Below are positions 53,568 through 64,000 of a DNA stretch of 64,000 bases, one piece after another. The notes beneath the pieces were generated by a model. That model ran no database searches and had not been told where the DNA came from. It saw only the letters and a program-made list of their open reading frames with translations. Source of the DNA: Mobula hypostoma (Eukaryota); contig NC_086109.1 in the NCBI RefSeq assembly GCF_963921235.1, positions 22,880,001 through 22,944,000 on the forward strand, written 5' to 3'. Each line of letters opens with the position of its first letter. Positions within the stretch are counted from its first letter, which is position 1. Position numbers and translations under genes: made by a program.

Positions 53568-53971
53568 TACAGCTGGGCTACACCTAGAGACAACTTGCAA
53601 GACTGACCCAGGATACAGCCCTCTGACGAGTTGCTGTCGACAGCCTAAGCCCCATTAGGGGTGATGGACTTAAGAAGGGGGAGGGCTGCATCTGCTATTG
53701 GAAGACCCCAGCCAAAAATCAGATAGGAAAGAGGGGAAGGATGTGGTTTTTGTTATGTGGACTGTATCAGAAGTTGTGCACAGCAAGATCTTTAAGAGCA
53801 GCAGGAGGGAGACCAAATAATCTATTTCAATAATGTTGATCAAGGAACAAATACTGTTCATTGCAACAATGCAAACTGCCTTGTTCCTTGAGATAGTAAC
53901 AAGGATCTTTAACAGAATGTCAATTTAACAAATAATTCCGCAAAGCCCTCCCTTTTTCTTGTACTGGAAGT

Positions 53972-54668
53972 ACAGCAACTCTGGTTAGTCAGGCCAGCTG
54001 CTTATTTGGGACAACTCTTAAAAAACAAAAAATGAATCGAGCAAATAGCCGGGATTCCCTTCCTTTATTTGGGACACAATGCTGCTTAATTAGGAAAGGA
54101 GATTGTTAGTGAACAGTTTCTATCTGGATCAGACACCTGCACTTGCATGGCTATTAGACACTACACTGCTTGGAATGAACAGTTTTTAAGGAGCATCAGT
54201 TGTGTATACTTGTGTTCAAAATGGCAAGAAACAAGCAGTAAGGCAACACAGAACTGTTTTGCTCACTGTAGTTTCAAGCATTCAGGCCGGAAGTGAAAAT
54301 GAAACCATTTCACTACTTCAACAAGTTAGGAAGTACAAAAAATTTGAGGTATTGATGATCATCTTGAATGTTAAAATGAAAATGAAGATTTGAAGGATGC
54401 AATCATCAAAAATTATATGAAAGCAGTCCATTACCTACACTGGGCACCTATGCTGATTTTGTTCATTTACACTGTAGTAATTTTCATAGTGTTCTAATTT
54501 ATTATGTATTTCATTTAAATACATAAGTTGTTACTCAGTTAAATGGTAGTTAGTCTTTTTTTATATACCTTTTGAACTATTTCCATGAAACTTCAGCTAA
54601 TTGGGACAGCTGCTTAATTGGGCCAAAATATACTGGTCCTGATGTGTCCCATTGACCGGAATCGATTG
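53972..54668. mobile_element. Tc1/mariner (Tigger/pogo-like) non-autonomous DNA transposon; partial inverted copy at about 25130-25315
   Basis: TA-flanked degenerate termini with repeated aattgggac/tgtccca subterminal motifs. The same sequence recurs in reverse at 25.1-25.3 kb. Confidence 0.55.
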
Positions 54669-56214
54669 TATCTGCCTACCTTTCATGCTCAAGGCACAGC
54701 TAGTCGAGCTTATTGTCATATGCACAGGTATATGTATACACAGGTGCAATGAAAAACTTACTCAAGGCAACCTCACAGGCCAACAGCATCATATAAGGAG
54801 CATTTACAAGAAAATATAAATTAAACTATATTTATAAGGAAGAACACAAATAGAAAAACAAAAGTCCATTTTAGTGCTAGGTGACCCTAGCGTTGCTAAA
54901 CTATCATGATTAGGAATGTGCTGGTTGGTTCAATAACTGAATGGTTGAAAGGAAGTAGTTGTTCTTAAGCCTGATGCTATGGGACTTCAAGCTTCTGTAC
55001 CTCCTGCTTGATGATAGCAGTGAAAAGATGGCATAGCCTGGATGGAATTCTCTGGAGCGACTCAGGTAAGAGTGTTACCTCCCAAGCCATATCTAATGGT
55101 AGATGCTGAATAATCCAGACTATCGGTTTGCATGCTCATCCCTGGTTGCTGCAGTGTCCTGGTAATAGGAAAGTTTCAATCAGAGGTCAAGAAATGCACC
55201 ATGAGGAAGATATAACAAATTAAATAGAGAAACAGGATCATCACCTGCTGCATTCAGTCACTTCTTGGGGCCAGTCTAAATAGGAAGCTTCAGACATGCC
55301 AAATTGTACAGAATTTTGGCTTTGGGAAAAGCCAGTTGGGATTGACTCAAACAAACCCCCACTATTTCAACAGCTGGTGGAAATGCTGCACTTCTTTCAG
55401 TTTGCGTAGTAAGGGCTGAATATTTCAAAGAATCACCAGCAATTGGGTCAGTGTTGGCACTTGGTTAGTTAGAGAATGAGACTGATACACAATAGGAAAA
55501 CGTCTTAAATATAACATATAACTTCCGAACTCCTTAATTCAATGACACCCTGTCAGAGGTGGGCACTTCCTGGGATGGGGTGGCAAAGATTTTCATGTCT
55601 ATATAACTTTATCAATATTGAGATAACTTACAAACTTCACAAAGTAAAAAACAAATGCAAATATACTTAGCAGGCCAGGCAGCATCGAGACGCTGACTGT
55701 TTACTCTTTTCCACAGATGCTGCCTGGCTTGCTGAGTTCCTCCAGCAGTTTATGTGTGTTGCTTTGGATTTCAAGCATCTGCAGATTTTCTTGTGTTTAC
55801 AAGTATACTTGGCACTCTAGTTATCGCAGCCATTGAATTGCTAGTGGTTGCAAATTCCTCAAAAGGATTAGCAAATGAAGTCACCAGCAGTCAAGGAAAG
55901 ATTTTAGTCTTTAGTCTGTGGACTAAGAACCACAGCATTAATTCATCCCTTCCAAATTCTCCAATCCTTAGGGGCGCAGTGAGAGTGTTATGCTGTGAAG
56001 GATCTGTAGTAAGAGTACAAATCTGTACCTGTCAGTGATAGACCACATTATACAGAGAAAAATAATTGGTCCTAATAGTACTGGAGAGAAACAGGCATAA
56101 CCATTAATATCACGGTGTTATCTAATGTTATACCCGGACTTTGAGTAATGTATATCATTTGTGGAAGGGTATAAAACTGTATTCTATATTAAAAAGTGGC
56201 ACAACTATACAATA

Positions 56215-57290
56215 TTCTATCATAATGTCTCACTTGCAGACCCCAGTCAATTTGGCTCAGCGACAACATCTCCTTCACAATCTCCATCAACACAGGTGCG
56301 CCACAAGGTTGTGTATTAGCTCCTGCTCTGCTCGCTTTTTTTATTTATGACTGTGTGGCTAAGCACAGCTCCAACACCATATTCAAGATTGCTGATGACA
56401 CCACTGCTGTGGGCTGAATCAAAGGTGGTGATGAATCAGCATACAGGAGGGAGATTGAAAATTTGGCTGAGTGGTGTCATAACAACAACCTCTCACTCAA
56501 TGTCAGCAAGGCCAGGGAACTGATTGTAGACTTCAGGAGAGGGAAGTCAGAGGTCCATAAGGCGGTCTTTATCAGAGGTGGAGAGGGTTAGCAAATGTTA
56601 AATCCTGTGGGTTACTACTTCAGAGGACCTGCATGCAAGTGCAATTGCGAAGAAGGCACGGTAGTACCTCTATTTCCTTAGGAGTCTGCGGAGATTTGGC
56701 ATGACATCTTAAACTTTAACAAGCTTCTATAGATGAGTAGTGGAGAGTGTAATGACTGGCTGCATCATGGCCGGGAATGGAAATACCAATGCCTTTGAAC
56801 AGAAAATCCTACATAAGGTAGTGGATTTGGCCCAGTACAATCCCTCCCAATCACTGAGCACATCTATATGAAACACTGTCGCCAGAAAGCAGCATCCATC
56901 GGAGATCCCCACCACCCAGGATCATGCTCTTTTCTTGCCGCTGCCATCAGGTAGAAGGTACAAGTGTCTCAGGAAGCACGCCACCAGGTTCAGGAACAGT
57001 TACCACCCCTCAACCATCAGGCCCTTGAACAAAAGGAGAAAACTACACTCACTTGCCCATCCATTGAGATGTTCCCACAACCAACGGGAATCTCATGTCC
57101 TCCATATTTACTGCTATTTATTTATATTTGCATCTGCACTGTTTCTTTCTGCCTTCCGGACTCTGGTTGATCCTTCATTGATCCTGTTATAGTTACTACT
57201 CTATATATTTGCTGAGTATGCCTGCAGGAAACTGAAATTAATTTCAGGGTTGTACGTGGTGACATATATGTACTTTGATAATAAAATTTA
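56215..57290 (+). mobile_element. Degenerate Rex1/Babar-like LINE 3' half
   Basis: TGAPQGCV, KIADDT, WCHNNNLSLNVSK and LPSGRRYKCL..RFRNSY remnants. Confidence 0.75.
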
Positions 57291-58549
57291 CTTAGTCAAA
57301 GTATGACAATGACTAATAAGTTTACAAAAATAAAACACAATACCACACCAACATGGGACAGACAAATTCTCAACAGTACTACATCCAGTGTTACATGGTG
57401 ACACAGCTGTTCTACTACTGTACAGTGACAGACTTGTACCTAACACCGCAGTACTCTAACGCTACAGAGGATCATTAGGTCAATGGTAGTGAGAACAGAA
57501 TCAGATTAACAGGCTGTGATTTATACCATGCCTTTAAGAGAGTAAAGTGTCTCAAAGTACTTCACAGAGGTATAATCAAACAAATTTAATACCAAACCAA
57601 AAAAAGGGTCATGATTATCAAATACTTAAAGAGATAGTTTTTAAAAGGAGCATCTTGAAGAATAATGATAGAAAGACAATGAACTTCAGAGGGAATCCAA
57701 AAGCTTAGCGCGTAAATATGTGAAGGCACTGGCAAGGATGGACCAAGAATACGTAACAGAAAGGGAAAATACAGAGGTCGCAAAGAATTGCAGGGCTTAC
57801 TAAGTAACAATGAAAGGATTACAGGATATGAAAGCAGATTAAAATCAGATTAATTATAAGAAGTAAATATGATTTACTAGACGGGGAAATCAGATGGGAA
57901 ATGAGCACAAAGTTGTGGAAGTCACTGTCATGAGTGGAGCTGTCTGACTTCTGACAGCAAGTTTATCAGCATTACGAGCTTTAAATAAGAACAATTTCTA
58001 TTTTTCAGGGGTTGGTTGGCAGAAAGAATGTGGGGGAGGGTTTGTTATGGAGAGAAGGAGAAGGAGATGATAAAGAAACAGTTACCATTAAGAGATGGTT
58101 TGGAAAGCGATGGAACTTTCATACCTTAAACAAATAAATGTCAATGCTAATTCAGTGAAGGCTACGCTAATTCATTGGTTTACAGGCTACAGGCCTAAGG
58201 ATATAAATATTCCTTATTTTATCAACAATATAGTAAGCGTTTGAATCCCTCTCTCCCAAAGCTGTGTTGACTGCCTTTGAAGTCTCAGTTCTACAGGAAC
58301 CTGAAGTACTTAGAAGGCCACCCTAATATTAAATTAGAATGAAAAACTAACAAGAAAAAACATGTGAACACAAAAAATTCTGCAGATGCTGGAAATCCAG
58401 ACTAACACACACAAATTCCTTGGAACCTTGTAGTGATTTGAATAAACTTTTAAAGATTTTTCTATTTCTTATTAAGAGCTTTTCTTTCCTTCTACCTTCA
58501 GATAGGAAGCATTCATTTGTCTCATCTGAGCCATTGTCCCTTGTTGGGG

Positions 58550-58875
58550 GACATGATAGCATATCATTCGGTGTAATACTTTACAGTGCCAGTGATCATA
58601 ATCAGTATTAAATTCCCACCACTGTCTATAAGGAGTTTGTACATTTCCCAGTGACTGTGTGGGTTTCCTCCGAGAGCTCTGGTTTCCTCCCACATTCCAA
58701 AGACATACGGGTTAGGGTTAGTAAATTGTGGGCACACTACGTTAGGGCCGGAAATATAGTGGCATATGCAGGCTGTCCCGAGCACATCCTCTGGCTGTGT
58801 TGGTCATTGACACAAACAATGCATTTCACTGTATGTTTCTTTGTACATGGGGCAAATCAAGTTAATATTTAATCT
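58550..58875 (+). mobile_element. HE1/V-SINE-like SINE
   Basis: V-domain core ggagtttgtacatttccc..gtgggtttcctccgagagctctggtttcctcccacattccaaagac. Confidence 0.72.
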
Positions 58876-59129
58876 TCAGCTGCACGCTTGTTTCAGCAGA
58901 GTGGTCCTCTCAGTTTAGAAATACCAAAGACAGCCACAGTAGATGTTTCCATTTGTCCCACACAGACTCAGGATACAATAGTGTCTTCGAGATATGTGTG
59001 CCTCAGCTTCACAGCAGGCTGGTTCGCTGAACAATGGCACATCAGGGCCTTTGCTAACAATGCCTGGTACAAACAAGATGCAAATTGGAATTATGGGATA
59101 CTCTACCTAATACCCAAGGTTCACAAACA

Positions 59130-59680
59130 TGAGAAAGTCTGGAAATCCAAAGCAACACACAAAAAATGCTGGAGGAACTCAGCAGGTCAGACAGTATCTC
59201 TGGAAAAGAGTAGATGTTTCGGGTCGAGACCTTCCATCAGGACCGAGCAGAAAAGGGAAAAGAAGCCAGAATAAAAAGGTAGTGAGAGGAGAAAGGGGCT
59301 AGAGTGAAGCCAGGTGGTCAAAGGGCTGTAGAAGAATGAATCTGATAGGAGAGAAGAGTGGACAAGAGGAGAAAGGGAAGGAGAAGGGGGCCCAGGGGGA
59401 AGTAATGTGTAGGTGAAAAGTAAAAGGCCAGAATGGGGAATAGAGGAAGAGGGGAGGATATTGTTCTTTAGAAGGAGAAATCAATATTCATACCATCTGG
59501 TTGGAGAGTACCCAGACAGAATACAAGGTGTTGCTCCTCCACCCTGAGGGTGGCCTTATCCTGGCACAAGAGGAGGCCACAGATCGACACATCAGAATGG
59601 GAATCGGAATAATAATGTTTGGCACTGGGAAGTCCCGCTTGTGGTGGATGGTGCAGAGGTGCTCGACAAAGTGGCCCGCC
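59130..59680 (-). mobile_element. Penelope-like 3' fragment with a degenerate pLTR/hammerhead
   Basis: HFVEHL..RVEEQHLVFCLGTLQPDGMNIDFS. Minus-strand CTGATGG..GAAAC at about 59208-59243. Confidence 0.7.
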
Positions 59681-60779
59681 CATGGACTACAGTGTTTAAC
59701 AAAACAAAGTGTCCAAGTCACAAGAAAATCTCCAGTGACCAATAACATGTCATGAGACATCCCAAAGTGCTTAACAACCAGTGTGTACTTTTAAAATTAA
59801 TCCTGGGGCAATGAAAGATATTGGGAAGCCAACAGCAAAGTCCCATTATTAGCAAGATGATTACATTTAAACTTAATGACACTACATCCATGATAAGTAG
59901 TCAGCGGGACATGATGGGAAAATGAAAAGAATAAGTGAGAGCCACAACCCCATTCTCCAATTCTTTATGATCTTCCCATCTGTGACCAGCCCCCCAGATC
60001 AGAAGTCTCAGCACAACTGACCTGATAACAATTAAGAAAAATGTTCCATACTAGCCATTCCACACTGCTCCCAAAACATCCGACTCCAACTCTTAGGCAA
60101 AATCCCCTGAGCACATCTTGTCTATCAAATCTATATTATGATTAATATCTTGCAAACTTCAAACAGATCTTTTTTTCCCTTCCTAATTGCAGGAAATACC
60201 ACATTAACCTGGTTTCCAAGGATTCCCGGTTATTCAAGTAAATTCTTGATACTCCTTTCTAACCATATATAATATTCCATTGGCCAATCAAGGGTTTATA
60301 CTGCATCACATAACTTCCATTCTCGTGTATCCTCCGCATATAAAAGCCAGAATTCCATTAGGCTTATTGGTGATTTTCTGTATTTCTTCACGTTATTGAT
60401 ACCTGTACATAAACTCCGAAGTCTCTTTGGATCTCCACTGCTCCTATTAATTCACTACTTAAAATATTTACCATTCTCTCTCTCTTGCAAAAGTGGGTGA
60501 ACTCACATTAGCCGATGTTGAATCATAAATACAGTTTTACCTATTCATTAGACTATCTTGATAACAGAATTACTCGTATATTGTTCAAGATAGAAGCCGT
60601 AGGACCTGCAAAAGGTTGGCTTCATTTTTTCAGAAAGACAGTACTTTCAACTGCACAACACTCTCGTCTAGAGTTAGCTTGTATTTTATGGACTGACACT
60701 TCACTCCTCAACTTTCACGAGTGTTAATCACAGAAGCATGAATGGTATGCGTTACCCTCAATCGATTTGAAATCACCTA

Positions 60780-61300
60780 CACGGCTTTAGGACCCAGCGG
60801 AAGCCCAGATGTCACTACTCACCAGGAGGGCGCTAGGACCCGGCGGCCGCTGTCTGTGTGCGGGAGGAGGCCGGTCACGGGCAGTCCGTTTAAACCAGGC
60901 GCTCGCAATCGAACCGTTAAAGACCCCGTGGCCCAACGAGGACCTCCCACCTGATACCGAGCCCACTCACCATCCGACAGCCGCAGAGCCTCAGCCCGCT
61001 CGATCCAACTGCTCCAAGACTGGCCCACGAACGCCTCGGGACTCGGGAGCCTGCGCTCCGAGGCCGCCATCATCACACACTGCGCGCTCCCGAGCCGCCA
61101 TCACCGCGCGCGCTCCCGGCACGCTGCGTTCTCGCGGCGTCGGCGTGTAGGGGGCGGAGCTAGTGGACGGAGGGGCGGGGTTGCTCAGTGGCTGCAGTTC
61201 CCGCTCCTTGCCAGCAGGGGGTTTTGGGGGTTGGGGGGCAACTATGCCGCATGTCCCAAAGCGACAGTAGTGGGCGCGCCAGCAGCACCGAAGATCCAGG
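60780..61300 (-). promoter_or_regulatory. CpG-island promoter of ATXN7L2 with GC boxes
   Basis: CpG-dense, GC-rich island over exon 1. GGGGCGGAG at 61151-61159 and GGGGCGGGG at 61172-61180. Confidence 0.75.
60971..61073 (-). CDS. ATXN7L2: ATXN7L2 coding exon 1 (MMAASERRLPSPEAFVGQSWSSWIERAEALRLSD)
   Basis: Resembles the ATXN7-family N-terminus (GQSWSSW motif). Donor G|gtgagt at 60970. Lies in a CpG island. Start choice is uncertain (see the finding on the ATG at 61101). Confidence 0.88.
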
Positions 61301-62096
61301 AAGGCATTTGGTTTATAAAGCATTGGCCATTAATCAGTCTGTTGTCTGCAGTTTCCGGTACCAATGGCAAAACTGGCCAGGTGCATTAGTAAATAAATAA
61401 GAATTCTAGCCGAGTAATTAAGACCTCTTTCCCATTTCCTACATTAACTCCGCTGTCTGACCTAGTGAACATTTTGTGTTTTTACCCTACAAAACAGAAT
61501 CAGGTTTTTTGTCACTCTTATATGATGTGAAATTTATTGTTTCATGGCAGCAGTACAGAGTTCAGAGTATATTTATTATCAAATATGTATACAAATACAA
61601 CCTTGAGATTCATCTTCTTGCGGGCAGCCATGAAAAAATGAAACACAATAGAATTCACGAAAAACCCCGCAACTCAAACACAGACATACATCCGACGTGT
61701 GAAAAGGGACAATTTGTACAAACAATAGAAAGCAAATAAACATCCTCAGAACATGAACCGCAAAGTCCTTGAAAGTGCAGTATGTCCACAGCCACGTAGC
61801 CATTTCAGCACTGTAGCTGGTACAGGAGCCCAATGGTGGCACGTCACACCTGTGATACGATCCAAAGACACAAAATTATTATAAATTACAAAATAGTGCA
61901 AATAATGAGGCAGAGTTAATGGGTTCACAAACTAATCACAAAGTGAAGTGAAGATGAGTGAAGTTATCCCCCTCGGTCCCAAGAGCCTGATGATCAAGGG
62001 GTGATAATTGTTCCTGAACCTAGTGGTCTAAGTCCTGAGCATCCTATATCTCCTTCCTGAAGGCAGCAGTGAGAAGAGAACTGCATGGTGAGGGTC

Positions 62097-63161
62097 TGCC
62101 AGCAGCACCGGATGTTGGTCTCCGTGTGCATCCCCGGGAACAGCCACTACATCAGAGAGTCCTCTGTTACGCAGCTGCTGGGGATAAAACGTGACACTAG
62201 CCCGTCCATCTTCCTCCACACCCTCTTTGCGAACTGGCAGTGTGCAAAGAGGTGGGTCACAGACTCCTCCTCACTGCAGTCCTCCCGTGGGCAGTGGGGT
62301 GCGGAGACGACGTTCCGGGCGTACAGGAGGGCTCTGACTGGGAGGGTCCCTCTCACCGCCAGCCAGGCGAGGTCTTGGTGCCTGTTGGTTAGATCTGGCG
62401 ATGAGGCATTTTGCCAGATGAACTGGACAGTCTGCTCAGGGAACCACCCCACTGTGTCCATCACGTCCTTCTCCTGCAGTGCCTGCAGGACACTACGTGC
62501 CGACCACTGCCTGATGGCCCTGTGGTCAAAGGCGTTCTCCTGGAAGAACTTTGCTACGTAGGACAGGTATGCCGGCAACGACCAGCTGACTGGGGCGTTG
62601 CGCGGGAGTGGGGCCAGACCCATCCTTCGTAGCCAGGGCGACAAGTAGAACCTGGGCACGTAGTGGTACTTGGTGCCCACATACCTGGGCTCTACACACA
62701 ACCTGATGCAGCCACATACGAAGCTGGCCATCAGGGTGAGGGCGACATTGGGGACGTTCTTGCCCCCGTTGTCCAGGGACTTGTGCATGGCGGTCCGTCT
62801 CACCCGCTGATCTACCAGCACATGGAGATGTCCGTGGGAGAATGCTGCCGACTGGCACATTCTCGGCTGCAGGAGTACGTGCTGAGGGACGCACTGAAAC
62901 TTGGTGCAGCCACCGCAAGGGCCCGGTGGGGAAGGACCACAGTATAGGTTTCTCCACCCGTGGGAGTGGGAGGGGTCGGTGGGTGGGGAGTATACCCCTC
63001 AACAATGATATGGTAAGCTGAACTACTGGAGTGCCACGTGGGTGGCTATAAATACGGATATGTACTGTGTATAATGGAAACGTATGTAAAGGATGAAAAG
63101 TTATTGAATGGTTTATTGTATATATTTATTTTTGAATAAAGTATATTTTGAAATTTTAAAA
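62097..63161 (+). mobile_element. Tx1/L1-clade LINE 3' fragment with a 5' inversion, poly(A) signal and 18-bp TSD
   Basis: Inverted part (62097-62808) encodes ..CPREDCSEEESVTHLFAHC.. (CCHC finger). Sense part (62807-63161) ends ORF2 at 62947, with AATAAA at 63135-63140. TSD aactgcatggtgagggtc at 62079-62096 and 63162-63179. Confidence 0.85.
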
Positions 63162-63356
63162 AACTGCATGGTGAGGGTCCCTGCTGATGGGTGCTGCTTT
63201 TTTGTAACAACACTATGTGTAGATGTGCTCAATGGTGGAGCGGGCTTTAGTCATGATGGACTGGACCATATCCACTACATTTTGTAGGATTTTCCATTCA
63301 AGGGCATTGGTGTTTCCATACCAGGCTGTGATACAGCCAATCAATATACTCTCCAC

Positions 63357-63552
63357 GCAAACAACAGGAATTCTGCAGATGCTGGAAATTCAAGCAACAC
63401 ACATCAAAGTTGCTGGTGAACGCAGCATCTCTAGGAAGAGGTACAGTCGACGTTTCAGGCCGAGACCCTTCGACAGGGTCCTGACGAAGGGTCTCGGCCT
63501 GAAACGTCGACTGTACCTCTTCCTAGAGATGCTGCCTGCCTGCTGCGTTCAC
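63357..63552. mobile_element. Palindromic non-autonomous element made of two head-to-head Penelope pLTR/hammerhead units
   Basis: 56-bp arms at 63422-63477 and 63480-63535 are reverse complements with 1 mismatch. Flanking 15-bp direct repeat caatata(c/a)tctccac at 63342-63356 and 63553-63567. Confidence 0.8.
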
Positions 63553-64000
63553 CAATATAATCTCCACCACACTTTCATACAAGTTTGTCAAAGTTTTAAA
63601 TGTCATGCCAAACTTACGCAAACTCCTAAGGAAGTAGCCGCGGTGCTGTCTTCATAATTGCACTTACATGCTGAGCGCAGGACAGGGTCCTGCAAAATGA
63701 TAACACTGATGAATTTAAAGTTGCTGACTCCACCCCTGATGATGACTGGCTCATGGACCACTGGTTTCTTCCTCATGAATTCAATACTCAGCTCCTTGGT
63801 CTTGTTGACATTGAATAAGAGTTCGTTGCTATGGCAGCACTCAACCAGGTTTTCAATCTCCCTCCTATATGCCCATTCATCACCACCTTTGAATTGGCCT
63901 ATGACAATGGTGTCATCAGCAAACTAAAATATGGCATTAGACCTGTGCTTAAACACACGATCATAAGCCTAAAGTGAGTAGAGCAGGGGGCTAAGCACAC

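Larger units (their letters stand above)
11981..61073 (-). other. ATXN7L2: Ataxin-7-like protein 2 gene (SAGA deubiquitinase-module subunit family): 11 coding exons, 2304-nt spliced CDS, 767 aa
   Basis: Exons 61073-60971, 39382-39314, 39173-39069, 35724-35511, 31548-31229, 28061-27979, 25971-25736, 24436-24241, 22665-22544, 17139-16302 and 11998-11981 join in frame with GT-AG sites. The product has an N-terminal zinc finger (CNQC...HCERRH), a SCA7 domain (HCGV...CTRSLTCKTHS) and the conserved FCTFGSR...MWRKIPP block. Tandem position before CYB561D1 matches ATXN7L2. Confidence 0.9.
61900..64000 (-). mobile_element. Degenerate Rex1/Babar-like LINE hosting the Tx1 and palindromic insertions
   Basis: LFSLLPSGRRYRMLRT before the Tx1 insertion. 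FADDTIVIG and WCHSNELLFNVNKTKEL remnants at the right end. Confidence 0.72.

Noticed and set aside
58709..58721. gggttagggttag as an interstitial telomeric repeat
   Set aside because: Only about two units, embedded in a V-SINE body.
60742..61400. Plus-strand ORFs in the CpG island as a divergent gene
   Set aside because: GC-rich stop-poor frames with no homology cues or splice structure.

Overview
Vertebrate genomic DNA, most likely from a cartilaginous fish (probably a ray or skate). This is inferred from the repeat content: HE1/V-SINE-like, CR1, Rex1/Babar-like, Penelope-like and Tx1-like elements. The window holds a complete 11-exon ataxin-7-like gene on the minus strand (CDS 61073 to 11981). 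I hand-spliced it to 2304 nt, or 767 aa, with all introns GT-AG and phase-consistent. It is called ATXN7L2 from its N-terminus and from its tandem neighbour, the first coding exon of CYB561D1 (4680-4500, minus). Most of the intronic sequence is nested retroelements. I found no convincing wholly new biological system. The most interesting sequence-level observations are: (1) minimal hammerhead-ribozyme motifs in Penelope-derived repeats, including an intact one in the sense strand of ATXN7L2 intron 9 and a near-perfect head-to-head palindromic element; (2) a twin-priming-type 5' inversion with an 18-bp TSD in a Tx1/L1-clade element; (3) a 103-bp copy of ATXN7L2 exon 5 captured at the 5' junction of a CR1 insertion; (4) an out-of-frame upstream ATG in ATXN7L2 exon 1. 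All family assignments are from recall, not database searches, and repeat boundaries are approximate unless a TSD is given.
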